A program made the position numbers and the translations under genes. Source: Mobula hypostoma (lineage: Eukaryota). From it: a stretch of DNA of 64,000 nt. Shown here in pieces: positions 22,170-35,289 of the stretch (position 1 is its first letter; each line of letters starts with the position of its first letter). The stretch spans positions 107,696,001 through 107,760,000 of the forward strand of contig NC_086097.1 in the NCBI RefSeq assembly GCF_963921235.1, read 5' to 3'. The notes beneath the pieces were generated by a model. The model was not told where the DNA came from and made no database searches. It saw nothing but the letters and a program-made list of their open reading frames with translations.

Positions 22170-22845
22170 GGTAGCTATAGCTGGGGTGGTAATGGGGCTA
22201 AGCTCCCACTACCTATTAAATGCTCGCAATGGCGTGTGCCTCAAATAGCCCTGACAACCAAGTCCAGCTCCTGGCCCTCACACTTGGTTTAGCTACTGAC
22301 AGGAGAAAGGGAAAAGGCAGGTCCTACTGAAGGGTTTCTGCCCAAAACATCGACAGTACTCTTTTCCATAGCTGCTGCCTAGCTTGCGAGTTCCTCCAGC
22401 ATTTTGTGTGTGTTGCTCCAATTTTCAGCATCTGCAGGTTCTCTCTTGATCAAAGACAGGTTACTGGCACCGTAACATCAGTCATTTTGGGTAGGTGGGG
22501 CTTTGTAGCTGTGGTTGGCGGCTCATCCAGGAGAAAGAAAATTCTGATCTCCAACCTCCGCTGCCTTGTGGTTATACCCACTCATGCAGATGGTTTTGGG
22601 AGTAAACCCAGAGGTAAAAATCCAGAGCAGGAATCCCTAAGGCTGTTCCACGTTGAGTTCAATTCTGACTGGCAACTCCTGCGACCCTGCCGGTGCTGAA
22701 CTGTATTGGTCTCTGCCATTCCTTTAGGTTCATTAGATGCGTGCTGAGGGGGAGCTTGCTCTCTGTGTTGTACTGCCCTGACTTGCGAATCTAGACAGTT
22801 AAGATATAACATCCACGGTCAACCCTGACCAACGGAGGCCTCAAA
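22170..22845 (+). mobile_element. RTE-related non-autonomous element, interrupted at 22323-22451
   Basis: Motifs shared with 3760-4050 and no coding remnant; the family assignment is inference. Confidence 0.45.
22323..22451 (+). mobile_element. 129-bp Penelope-derived short element (degenerate hammerhead plus tail)
   Basis: Homologous to 19199-19333; TSD AAAGGCAGGT / AAAGACAGGT (22313-22322 / 22452-22461). Confidence 0.82.
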
Positions 22846-24027
22846 AATATGATTATTAAGACAATTAATGACTGAGGCTTTCTTTAAATACTTTAAGCAA
22901 TATATATTCCTCACCAGATTACATGTTATTTTTATCATTCCAATACTGTCCACAATTTGTTGGCAGAGTCACTGAGTCCTAAAGGACATTAATGCAATTG
23001 TAATTGTCACAGCTGGGATGTCATAGCAATTACACTGTCAGCTCACTTGGACATTTTGATTTAATTTATTTATTTAGCGACACACTGTGGAGTAGGCCTT
23101 TCGGCCCTTCAGTCCAGACCACCCCATGCACAGTTTCTGCCAGGTTACATGCTGTTTAATTGTAAGTACATTTATTTTCACTTGGAACCAGATACACATT
23201 CAGATAATTTTTTTGGATTTCCTTAATAATATGCTAACTTTTAAAAAATATCAAAGTTCAAAGTACATTTATTAAAGAAGTATGTATACTACAATCAACC
23301 TTGAGATTAATCTCCTTACAGACAGCCACAAAAAAAAGAAACCAAATTAAACCATTAAAACAAGATTGTCAAACACCCAATGTGCAGAAAAAAGCAAAAA
23401 CAATTCTTGCAAACGATGAAAGTAAGCAAATAGCATTCAGACCTGAAGTTCATGAAAGTGAGTCCACAAACACAAAGCTGACAGCCGATTCAGTTGCAGG
23501 CCACAGTCTCAGTTCAGTGCAGAGACCAGGAAACCTCGCAGAGCAGCAAACTGAACTGGCCTGTCCAGTGTCCCAGGTCCCAACACCCTGACCTTTTCAA
23601 TCTGGTCTGGCCAGTGAAGAAGCAATTAAAGATGGTTAGGCCTGGACCAACACCTGTCACAATGGCTGAGGCTAAGAGCATATTATTGGGACAAATCTGC
23701 TTTGCTGTTCAAATCTGTATCATTATTCAGTGGTCATTTTTCACTCTCAGGCCCAGGCCCTGCCACTTTGATTTGGCCCATATCCAACCTTTCCAATTCA
23801 GCTCAGCGCATAAATCGATCAAACCTCGGACCTTTTCTCACTCTTGGGCCTGGACCTGGGCCCAGGCTCCACCACCTTGACTCTACCTCACCTCCACTCA
23901 CCTCACCTCAATTCTGTCGCATCGGATCGCATCCAAGTCTACTCCAGCAACGGCCAAACGTTGGTTTATTCTCCACTCTCGTGGCTAGGCCAAGCCACCT
24001 CAACTCAGCCCATACATGCCACGCAAT

Positions 24028-24338
24028 GCTTTTTCCCAGGGCAAAAATGGCCACCACAAGAGGACACAGGTTTAAGGTACTGGGGAGTAGGTACAGAGGA
24101 GATGTCAGGGGTAAGTTTTTTTACGCAGAGAGTGGTGAATGCGTGGAATGGGCTGCCAGCAACGGTGGTGGAGGCAGATATGATAGGGTTTTTTAAGAGA
24201 CTTTTGGTTAGGTACATGGAGCTTAGAAAAATAGAGGGCTATGGGTAAGCCTAGTAATTTCTAAGGTAGGGACATGTTCGGCACAACTTTGTGGGCAGAA
24301 GGGCCTGTATTGTGCTGTAGGTTTTCTATGTTTCTATG
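24028..24338 (+). mobile_element. CR1 LINE 3' end
   Basis: TRGHRFKV...FFTQRVVNAWNGLP and a (TTTCTATG)n tail. Confidence 0.9.
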
Positions 24339-24357
24339 TCCACTGTTCCTCTGAGAT

Positions 24358-24436
24358 CAGGGGTTCCCAACATGAGGTCTACGGACACCTTGCTTAATGG
24401 TATTGGTCCATGGCGTAAAAATGTAGGGAACCCCTG
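24358..24436. mobile_element. 79-bp hAT (Charlie-like) MITE
   Basis: Perfect 11-bp TIRs CAGGGGTTCCC / GGGAACCCCTG; the 8-bp flanks match only partly. Confidence 0.75.
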
Positions 24437-24439
24437 CTC

Positions 24440-25500
24440 CAGATGAATTGTAATGAGACGGATCTTTGACCACTGCAAGGATGCAATTGACAGATTTCCC
24501 CTGTGGTAGACGACATGGTAATGTGTCTTTTACCTGAGTCAGAGCTGCCTGCTTGATTTTTTTGTTTCTTTATCTCCTTGTCATTATTATCAAAACAGTC
24601 CTGCTTTTCCTATCGTGTAATATTTAAGGTATCTATGAAGTTCCCTTCCTTTACCTACTGATATTGTGGCTGAGCTCTTCACTATCAAGATTTAGAACTT
24701 CAATGAGAGTGCCACTTCTTCTGCAGGCCTTGTCGGTTTGGAGTTGTGCTATGACCTTCTCATCAGACTGAGGTGACAGCAACATTAGCTTGAGTAGGTG
24801 GTTATGAGATGGAGCCCTGAGCTTTCATATCAGTTATTGGTATTTTGAACCGTAGATGGTTCTGAAGATCTCACAGATGTCATGGCTGCCAGTGAATTAC
24901 TGAGTCTCGTGCACACTTTCCACCCATAGGATTTCTGGTGGAGCATTGTCTTCGGGGGTAATAGAGATTTTTCTTTTTCCTCGTGGAGGAACCCCACCTT
25001 TGAATTAAGGTGGGGTTTCCAATCTGGGAATACCTTACATTTGTTTCTTTATACCCTTGTCATTATTATCAAACCAGTCCTGCTTTTCCTCGGTAGAAAA
25101 GCAAGAGTTTTCACAACTGCAAATGAAAGCAGACTTCAGGTCAACCTATAAGTGTGAACACTCTGTTGGTCTGTGTGCGACTGCAAGCACAGACGGGAGT
25201 GGTTACCAGTCTCTTATCTGACATGGAATTATGCTTAAAGTGAAGTGTTGTCATGCTGTTTTAGTCCTTACACTCGGTCATCTATGTTGCCACTGTACCT
25301 AGGTTGCAGATGGTGCAAATGTGTGTGAACTTGGGCCAGAGAGCAACCTAAGCATTTGGGAACATGGGCTAGGTACATGGTTGGAGTCAGGGTCAGTTCA
25401 TAGGACCTGCTTAAGGCATCATCCTCTCCAATATTCTGTATACTGATAACAGGCTTTTTTGAGGATTGCCTTTGAAGCTAAGACTGGGAGGTGGGGCCGG
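24440..25500 (-). mobile_element. Highly decayed RTE-type LINE fragment with an internal duplication
   Basis: A KQD(W/C)FDNNDK(E/G)I motif, like the RTE KHQDWFDEND, occurs twice (~24560-24612 and ~25040-25092). Confidence 0.5.
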
Positions 25501-26699
25501 GGGGTGGTTGCTCAGCTCTCCAGGGAGTTGAAAGCTCATGGAAACAACTTGCTTTTTACAGAACAGTAAGCTGTTCTAACACTGGGTACAGTGGTTAAGC
25601 TAGCAGTCTAAGAGCAAGACTCCTATACTATTGATCCTGCAAATTTTAATCAAGAATTGCACCATAGCAGCTGGGTATTTTCAATTAAAAGTAATCAAAT
25701 AAATAAATCAATTTGGTATTGGGAGGGGAGAGCTAGCATTTGCCATGGTGACAAGAAAACTTAATAATTGCAGAAACTCCTCTGGCTCACTGATGTTGGT
25801 GTATTGCATCAAAGAGCTTTCCCTAAGTAATGGCCTGTTGTTTAGATGATTTAAACACCAGGCCAGGTTGAAAAGGCAGGACCTGAGGTGAGGGTCGAGC
25901 CAGTTCTGCTCACCACTTTGTAACGTTTGCTCAGCCCTGCACTGAACTGAGGCTGCGTCTGAGGCCTGCTCTGGCTTTGTGTCAGTGGACTCACTTTCAT
26001 TCTGAATGCTACTTGATTAATTTTATTGTTTGTGCTACTTGTTTGAATTTCTCTGCATACACAGTGTGTGTCATTCTTCTATTCTTATAGGTTCTTTTGC
26101 ATTTCTTTGTCTTGTGACTGCCTGTAAGGAGATTAATCTCAAGGTTGTATAATGTTTACATACCTTGATACAGTAATAACTTTGAACATTGAACTTTAAG
26201 GAGCTCAAGTACTCCCACCTGTTCTGTTTTGCAAAAAAAATATTTTTGGGATCTTTCTGCTCCTTTCCTGAACAACAGAGCCATTCTTGGACTTGTCTTG
26301 ACCACAATCCTCGAGGAAAGTTTCTTTATATCAGTAGTGATAAAGAATAGGTAATAAAAAGAACTAATAAACAACCTTGTAGTGCCAAGTCCCATGGGGA
26401 AGAGATTATGTAACATAGCAGAATTCTTCATTAATGTGGAGAATGAAAACTGATTCCAGGACCAGAGTCCTGAATCTAAAGTTAGGAAACTATGAAGGTA
26501 TGACGTGCAAGTTGGCTCTAACAGATTGGGGAACTTTACTGAAAGGGTTAATCATGGATAGACAATGGCAACAATGAATGGATTACAATTATTTATTCTT
26601 GTCCTGCACAAAAATAAATCAAAATATCAGAGTTCAAGGTAAATTTATTATCAAAGTATATACTTATCTTATGCTAGCCTGAGATTAAGATTCCTGCAG

Positions 26700-29600
26700 G
26701 TATTCAAGATTCAAGATACAAGATTGTTTAGTATCATTTCCAGTATATAAGTGTAAAGAAGAGCAAAATAATTGTTACTCCAGATTTGTTACAGCACAAA
26801 AAAAACACAATGAGGAACACAATAGTCATTTAAAAAAAACTACAATAAATGGAGTAAATACGTAAGATAGCATATATACATAGATTTATTGTATGTCCAT
26901 AAAGTGACGCTAGGCACAGGAGTCTTTGGACATAAGGTGATGACAGGAAATGATAAAGTCATGGAGGTTGGGGATGTGGAAGGGTGGGTTACTGGGATCA
27001 GCCTTACTGACTGTGGAAAGTAACTGTTGAGTCTGATGATTATGGTGTGGCTCCTTTGTAGCCTCCTCAATGACGGTAGTGGGACAAACAGTCCATGAGC
27101 AGGGTGGGTGGTATCCTTCATGATGTTACTGGCCCTTTTCTGTAACTATGTCCTTGGTGCCAGGTAAGCTGGTGCCAGTGCCGGTGACGTTGGAAGTTTT
27201 GACTACACATTATAGAAGCCTTCTGTCCACTTCAGTACAGTTTCAGTCCCATGCAGTGATGCAGCATGTTCAGGTGCTCTCTATTGCGCATCTGTAGAAT
27301 AATGTGAGTATATATGTGCATAGTGCAGCTCTCTTCGGCCTCCTTATAAAGTAGAGGTGTTGGTCAGCTTTCCTGATTGTGTATAATGTGTTCCGGGACC
27401 ATGAGAGGTTGTGCGAGATGTTTGAAACTGCTGTGCTGCCGATGTAGAGAGGGGTGCAAGTTCCCCTGAAGTCGTTAACCTTCTTTGGCTTGTTGACATT
27501 GAGGAAGAGGTTATTTGCCTGGCACCAGGCCTCGAGCTTTTCTACCTCCTCTCTGTAGGCCGTCTCATACTTGTTGGTGATGAGCCCCACAACTGTCGTG
27601 TCATCGGCGAACTTGACAATGTGATTACTCGGGTGTCTGGATGTGCAGTCATATAAGCAGAATATACAGCAAAGGGCTCAGCACACAGCCCCGGGGGAGC
27701 CCGTGTTGGGGATGATGGGGAGGGAGGAGCAGTTGTGCATCCTGACTATCTGAGGTCTGTTAGCTAGGAAGTCCAACACTGAGTTGCACAGTGGTGTATT
27801 TAGACCAAGGAGCAGGGGTTTGTTCACCCAGGTTAACAATGTGTTAAATATGTGTTCAGGTTAGTGAGTTGTGGGCATGCTCTGTTGATGCCAGAAGCGT
27901 GGCAACACTTGTAGGCTGCTCTGCACAAATCCTTGGAAGTCCAATACAGTGGTGTATTTAGACCGAGGGAGTAGGGGTTTGTTCACCAAGATCTGTGGGA
28001 CAATAGTACTAAATGCCAAACTTAAATCCAGCATTTAATCCAGAAACAGCATTCTGACATAACTGTCCTTGGTTTCTAGGTGTGTCAGGGCCAGGTACAT
28101 GACAGATGCTACAGCCTCTGTCGTAGAGTGGTTCTGTCGTCTTGCATATCGGTGAGTGTCCAATGTGGCAGGAATGGAGTTTTTGATACGTGCCTGAAAC
28201 CCCTTTTTACTGGGCATCTCTAAAAACATAGCTGGTTAGCACCTCACTAACAAGCCAACGGACTCAGCGATGAGAAAACCACCTTTCTCAAATTCTAAGG
28301 TTGATATAAGTTGGGTCCCACCAGACCGGGAGAGCTGGGATGTTTCAACTACCCCAGTCTGAGTGAATGCTGTGTAAATGCTGCCCACTAACAGCAAGAA
28401 ATAACAGATCGTACACTGCATACAATTATAAAGAAAGTATATTTACAAATTTCAGCTTTATTGAACAGTTAGTAGGAAAAGAAAAAGAAAAAAAAAAAGA
28501 GGGCCATGACAGTTAACCCAGTCCAAATATGCACATAAGCTGGAGCTCATCTTGAAGTTGCCTTTAACTCAAGCGCTGGACTAACGGTCTGCGTGAAAGT
28601 ACACACCACCTTCCGAATGTCACTCGAAATCCATCTCAAACAAACAGGCTCCTCCATGGGAGTACTGGTCCTTCCTCCTTGAAGCCATTCATCTGCACCA
28701 AGCACCTTGTGCAACAGGGATGGCATCCTCAACCATCTTCCCTCCTGTCTTCTCCCAGTTCCTGCTAAAAAAGACCTCAACCCACACCAGTGTTCCTCAC
28801 AAAACCTGTCCACCAGCATTCTCTAGAACCTTCTCGCAATTCCACCATCCTGATTGGATGACACTACATTCCTAAGCATGAACATCACAACCCCTTATCT
28901 TTAGCTGAAACCCAAAAATGCTGAAACAGACTGCTCTTACATAACTGCTGAAATGAAATACCTGCAGCATAGCAGTAAAAATCTTACCCAGGGTATTACA
29001 TCAGTTATTACCAGTCATTCAAAGATATTCATCAGTGCCACCAGGCAGTAGCCAATCAGTACTGATTGTGTAGAGTTCCTTGGTACAGGGATGGGGACAG
29101 CAGCCTGGATGAGTGATGTGTTCAAGATGTCCATGAAGACATCAGTGAGCTGGTACAATAGAATTGATGAAAAACTACACTCAAAGATGGACACATAACC
29201 AATGTGTAAAAGAAGACAAACTGTGGAAATATTTAAAAAAATAAATTTTAGTAATAATATTAATTAATTAATAATATTCAGAACATGATTTGTAGAATCC
29301 TCGAAATTGGGTCGATAGGTTGTAGGATCAGTTCTGTGTTCAGGTGAGTGAAGTTATCCAGGCTGGTTCAGAAGCCTGATGATTGAAGGGTAATAACTGT
29401 TCCTGAACCTTGCAGAGTGAGATCTAAGGTTTCTGTACCTCCTTCCCAAAGGCAACGGTGAGAAGAGAGCATGGCTTGGATGCTGGGGTCCTTGATGATA
29501 GATGCTGCTTTCTTGTGGCAGCACTCCTCCTAGATATGCTCAATGGTGGGAATGGCTTTTCCTCTGATGGACTGGGCTGTATCCACTACTCCTTGAAGAT
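26700..29600 (-). mobile_element. Rex1/Babar-type LINE fragments interrupted by a solo LTR
   Basis: SYVRMLFLD, KFADDTTVVGLIT, LNVNKPK, FYRCAIES and KDTTHPAHGLF motifs. Confidence 0.8.
28195..29000. mobile_element. Solo LTR (~806 bp)
   Basis: TGAAAC..TTACA termini cleanly interrupting a LINE; no matching TSD seen. Confidence 0.6.
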
Positions 29601-29719
29601 TTTTCCTTTCTAATATAGCTTACGAAAGAGATTTAAGTTATCACTAATCCCAATAAGGGAAAAAAATCTGTGGATTAGGAGCAATTCAGAATTCAGTAAT
29701 GAAAGGATTCATTAAGAAG

Positions 29720-31660
29720 GGTAAGATGCTTTATGGGGGTAAAAATCACAGCCGTGTGTTGGTGAAAACAAATGTAGACCACTTACAGTCAGGATTAGAG
29801 AGATGGATAACAGGAAACAAAGCATAGCAGACCAATCAGTGATATACTTTGATTCTGCCTTCACAATGTGGTGCACAAATAATCTTCCATAAATATGGAG
29901 GAACTTAAAGGGAAAAAAGAAAGAAATCAGCAATTGTGGAAAATAATTTTCTGGGACATATACCAGGAAGGAAAAGGTTGAACATCTTTCAGTGATGGGA
30001 AAAATTAATGGAAGGCAGCACATGACATTCATGAGTTATATCAAGGGATGGACAGGCAAAAGTTTTGAAGAGCTTATTAGAACTCAGATTAAAGACAGAT
30101 GGATGACCATGATCACCCACGTCATATGACATGACACATAAAGATGATACTGATGAATATTAGAGTAATTGGATGAATCATAGTAAATCCCCAGGGCCAG
30201 TTAGTCTGCAAGGAAGTGACCTAGAAATGGAGAATGTATTGGCTGTCATTTTCCATCATACCTCAGACTCTTTTCCAACAGAGATCACGTTGCGAGTGTA
30301 ATCACACTATCTAAAAAGGAGCATCGAGAGAAAATGAGGAATTATAGAGCAGTGAAACTGATGTTGGTAATGAAGGAAAGAGTTGAGTCCATTATACAAC
30401 ACGTAATAAGTTGACAGGTCTAGACAAAGTCAAAGTGGATTTATTAAAGGGAAATAATGCGACAAATCACTTGGGACTTTTGAGGATATTACTAGCAATA
30501 TAGATATGAAGAACAGAGAATGTAAGGACTTGGAAATGCAAAACATTTTCCATAAAGGACTTATGAAACAGGTCAGTGTGTAAAATTAAAGATATGGAAT
30601 TGGGAATGAAATCTGTAGAGAACCAGCTGTCCAATAGGAGATGAAGTATAGGAATAAATTGCAGATGCAATTTAATGTGGATAAATGTGAGGTTATCCAC
30701 TTTGGTGGCAAAAACAAGAAAACAGATCATTATCTGAATGGTGTCCGATTAGGAAAAGGGGAGGTGCAACGAGACCTGGGTGTCATTATACACCAGTCAT
30801 TGAAAGTGGGCATGCAGGTACAGCAGGCAGTGAAAAAGGCGAATGGTATGCTGGCATTTATAGCAAGAGGATTGAGTACAGGAGCAGGGAGGTACTACTG
30901 CAGTTGTACAAGGTCTTGGTGAGACCACACCTGGAGTATTGTGTGCAGTTTTGGTCCCCTAATCTGAGGAAAGACATCCTTGCCATAGAGGGAGTACAAA
31001 GAAGGTTCACCAGCTTGATTCCTGGGATGGCAGGACTTTCATATGAAGAAAGACTGGATGAACTGGGCTTGTACTCGTTGGAATTTAGAAGTTTGAGGGG
31101 GGATCTTATTGAAACATATAAAATCCTAAAGGGATTGGACAGGCTAGATGCAGGAAGATTGTTCCCAATGTTGGGGAAGTCCAGAACGAGGGGTCACAGT
31201 TTGAGGATAAAGGGGAAGCCTTTTAGGACCGAGATTAGGAAAAAACTTCTTGACACAGAGAGTGGTGAATCTGTGGAATTCTCTGCCACAGGAAACAGTT
31301 GAGGCCAGTTCATTAGCTATATTTAAGAGGGAGTTAGATATGATTAGTGGAGTACCACAGGGGTCAGTGATGGGAACCCAGTACTATATATTAATGAATT
31401 AGATAAGGTAACAAATCCAGATTTGCAGAAGACACAGCATTAAGTGAGAGTGTGAACTCTGAGGAGAATGCAAAGCAGCCTCAGTAAGGTTTAAATAGGT
31501 TGAGGGAAGAGGACAAATGCATTACAGAAGCAATATCATGTGGATAAATGTGAACTACTTTGATGGCAGTAACAGGAAGGCAGACTATAACCTGAATGAT
31601 GATAGATTAGGAAAGACCTGGTGACCTTGTGCACCATTTGCTAAAAGTACATGTGTACTT
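29720..31660 (+). mobile_element. Old CR1 LINE with a younger CR1 segment at ~30660-31340
   Basis: MQFNVDKCEVIHFG and [15 protein letters not shown]; the younger segment closely matches 61497-62054. Confidence 0.88.
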
Positions 31661-33059
31661 TTTACAGACCGGAGTGCTGGGTCCTAGGTCTAAGACTTTG
31701 GGCATTAGTTTGGATTTATGGGATTGAAAGCAGAACTATAGTCAATAACTAGGAGTTTGAAGCTATGCAGATGTTCCAGAGATGAGTGCAGAGCTGCAGA
31801 GGTGGTGTCCACTGTGGACCCACTTCAGTAGTGGATGTACTGAGTGAGTCGAGGTTAACTGGGAGTCTGCAGTTGGTGTGTGCCATGACCATCCTCTTGA
31901 TGTCAGGGAGGCAGGCACCAGAGATACATCGTAGTCAATGAAGCACATTACCTTAGTTCTCTATGTCACTGGGATGAAAGTAGCGACACTTTGACCAGCT
32001 ATATCTTCCCCACCCCACCTCTTTCTGCTTTCCTCAGGGGCATGTCCGTCTGTGACTACGTGGTTCACTCATCCCTCCTGACCCACCACCTTCCTTCCCC
32101 CTCCCCAGGCATTTCACCTGCAACCTGAGGCAGTGTAATACCAGACCCTACAGCTCTCTCCTCACCAACTTCTAGGTGAGGCAGGAATTTACACGCAACT
32201 CTTCCAACCTTGTCTACGTATTTGTTCTTTCTATAATGACTCTTTGATTCAAAGTTGGGTCACCGAGAAACCCCCATCCCCAGGGGCAATTTACAGTGGC
32301 TAACTACAGCCAGCACACAGAACATGCAACATTACAGCACAGTACAAGCCCTGTGGTCTACAATGTTGTGTTGACCTTTTAACCTATTCTATGATCAAAT
32401 CAAGCCTTACCTCCTTCATAAACCCACATTTTTCTATCACCCTTGTGTCTATCTAATAGTTTCTTAAATGTCCCTAATGTATCTGCCTATAACACCGGGA
32501 CTTTCTATGCACACACCATGCTCTATGTAAAAACCTACCTCTGACATCCCCCCCAATACTTTTGTCCCATCACCTTAGAATTATGCTCCCTTGTATTAGC
32601 CATCTTTGCGATGTGAGAGCAAACTCTAGTACCCATGGTAGTTAGGGATGACACTCATCTGATTCTCTACAGATAGAACACGTAGATTTCACACAGACAG
32701 CGATCTGTATTGGAGATCAGTATTGAATCCAAGGCATTGGAGCTGCAAGGCACTTTCTTAACTAGCTGCATGTCCATGCCACCCTTGATAAAAGGATTAG
32801 AAGGGAGAATATAATTCAATAAGGTTTGTGGTGCCTTGACTCACTGCCCAGCAGGATGCCGGAAGCAAAACCCCTCATCACATTTAATAAGTGCTTGCAG
32901 ACCCATGACTTTTGGTGGCCAGGTGGAAGTACATTGCTCAGATTTATTTCAGCCACCATAGTGCACCACTTCCTAGGTCAAAATGTACCCGATCTTGAGG
33001 AAAGCTTCTCTACTCAATGTGCAGATGGGTTTGGAAATGCATTGCTTGATAAAGTAGGC

Positions 33060-33445
33060 AAAGCAACACACACAAAATGCTGAAGGAAAGCAGCAGGTCA
33101 GGCAGTGTCTATGGAAAAGAGTAAACAGACAATGTTTCAAGACTGAGAGGAAGGGGGAAGATGTCTGCATAAAAAGGTCGGGGGAGAGAATAGAGGTTAG
33201 CTGGAAGGTGATGGGTGAAGCCAAGTGGGTGGGAAAGGTCAAGGGCTGGAGAAGAAAGAATCTGATAGGAGAGGAGAGTGGACAATATGAGACAGGGAAG
33301 GAGGAGAAGACCCAGGGGAGGTAATAGGCAAGTGAGGAGAAGTGAAAGGTCATAGTGGGGAATAGACAAAGAGAGAGAGGGAAAGGGCGGAAACTGATAT
33401 TCATGCCATCAGGTTGGTGGGTATCCACACCGAATATAAGGTGTT
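33060..33445 (-). mobile_element. Penelope-like 3' fragment
   Basis: HQPDGMNI plus the same terminal tail as 16512-17228; the hammerhead region is partly deleted. Confidence 0.8.
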
Positions 33446-33740
33446 AGAATATAAGAAATATAGATTAATTGTATTGCTCATGGAAAAAAACACAGTACAA
33501 ACACGATGGACTGAATTTTCTCCTGTACTGTTCTACAATTGTGAGTGACCAAACAACTCAGTTCAATACTAAATGCTTTCAGATCCAAAAATCCATTTAT
33601 ATTTTTTAACTACTTCCCAGTTAATCATCTGAACTTCTATAAATGCAGGCCACTTAAATAAACTGATACATAGTTATCACTCACTGCTTTTGGTTATTGT
33701 ACAACAAACCTGTGAATTGAAAACATTTTAAATCAATTAC

Positions 33741-33788
33741 CTTGTAACTTTAAGAGTGAAAAATATTTATTTTCTTTTATGTATTTAC
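33741..33788 (-). CDS. Candidate 48-bp exon (KYIKENKYFSLLKLQ)
   Basis: Acceptor CCTCTTTGTAG, donor AAG|GTAATT, open phase 1/1 frame. Confidence 0.25.
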
Positions 33789-34065
33789 CTACAAAGAGGA
33801 TATTATAAATAAGACCTGGGGATAGACTGTGTCCTTGCTCAATGTGTTCATTTTTCACTCACATAAAACAGACTCACTTAATTTTGGTTGGAATAAATTA
33901 GCTCTCATACTGAAAACAAGCAAAATTAATGCTACTTATCCTAATCTTTTGTGACCATCATAATCTTTTAAAACAATTTAGTTGCAAACATCAGCAATTA
34001 ATTGAAAACTACTGCAATTTAGATCTGGACAAGAGTTTCTATCAAAGCTAGTCACTGGCTAATAA

Positions 34066-34780
34066 CGCTGGACAACAAAGGTTTTGCTTCCTGAATACTT
34101 TTGGGTGTACCTTATGGATTTTGGGCTGCTGATCATGAAAATCACCATGAAATTTCCCTGTCACTATTTTTCTTAAGTGCCTATATCTGTTATTTCAATT
34201 CATAAATCAAGTCAGAATAGCCGATGCCAAGATTAAGGAAGGCATTTTTGTCGGTCCACAAATCAAACAGGTCATCAATGACAGGCAATTCAAAGAGCTT
34301 CTAGTGGGACTGGAGAAAATCACATGGAAGGCATTCATGATGCTGAAAATTTTCTTGGCAACTACAGATCACCAAATTACATGCAGCTGGTTGACAACCT
34401 GCTTCAAGCATACAAAACCACGTATGCAACATGTCACTGAAGATTCATTTTCTGCATTCCTATTTAGACTTCTTCCCTGCAAATCTTGGCACTGTCAGTG
34501 ATGAGCATGGTGAAAGGTTTCACCAGGACATTGAGGTCATGGAGAAGCGATATCAGGGCAACTGAAATCCATCTATACTGGTTGATGACTGCTGGAATCT
34601 TAAGTGACAAAGCCTCAGACACTGAGTACAAACAAAAATCATCAACAGAACACTTTTAGCTTAGTTGAACTATTACAAAGTGTCAGCACTGTTATTCTAT
34701 TAAATGCATTATATTCAATATGTTCATTTCTTGTTTCTGCAATTTCCTGCATGATACGTGGTCTGAATATTATCTACTTA
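34066..34780 (+). mobile_element. Internally deleted Chapaev3-like (CMC) DNA transposon
   Basis: KIKEGIFVGPQI, MSLKIHFLHS.LDFFPANLGTVSDEHGERFHQDIEVMEKRYQG; left end CGCTGGACAACA after TAA. The superfamily call is from recall. Confidence 0.7.
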
Positions 34781-35109
34781 GAGGAATCTGAGCACAATAA
34801 GAGTAGTTTTCAAACAAATTACTCTTATTTTACTACTATGATTCTGATTCAAGAAATTTCCTTAAAATGTGCTATTCAGATTGTTTGCAATATGATCATT
34901 AAACACAGTAAACCATCAGCATTAACTTGCACAGAATTCTATGGATAGAATTAATGGCAGAAAATCACATTGGTATTAATTGGACTAATTGAGAAAATGT
35001 TCTTTAATTGTTTTAATTTACAGTTATACAGGTTGTACCAAGTGTGTAAATTTGCAGCGACATGGGTGAACCAGTAGTGAGGATTTACATTAATTTGAGA
35101 AGTAGATTA

Positions 35110-35276
35110 CGCTGGACAACAGATGTTTTCAAAAGTGTTGCTACCTCAGGAATAATTTTTGTTTATGATAGACCGCTTGAAGTTGAACATAGATACGGTA
35201 TAATTTCAGTCAACTTGTATCATGAAGGAATTTGGAGAAACAAGAAATTAACTTTTATTGAATATAATGCATTTAG
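35110..35276 (-). mobile_element. Right end of a second Chapaev3-like copy, inverted
   Basis: Same terminal CGCTGGACAACA after TTA; its reverse complement matches 34700-34775. Confidence 0.65.
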
Positions 35277-35289
35277 GTTTGTGAGGGAG

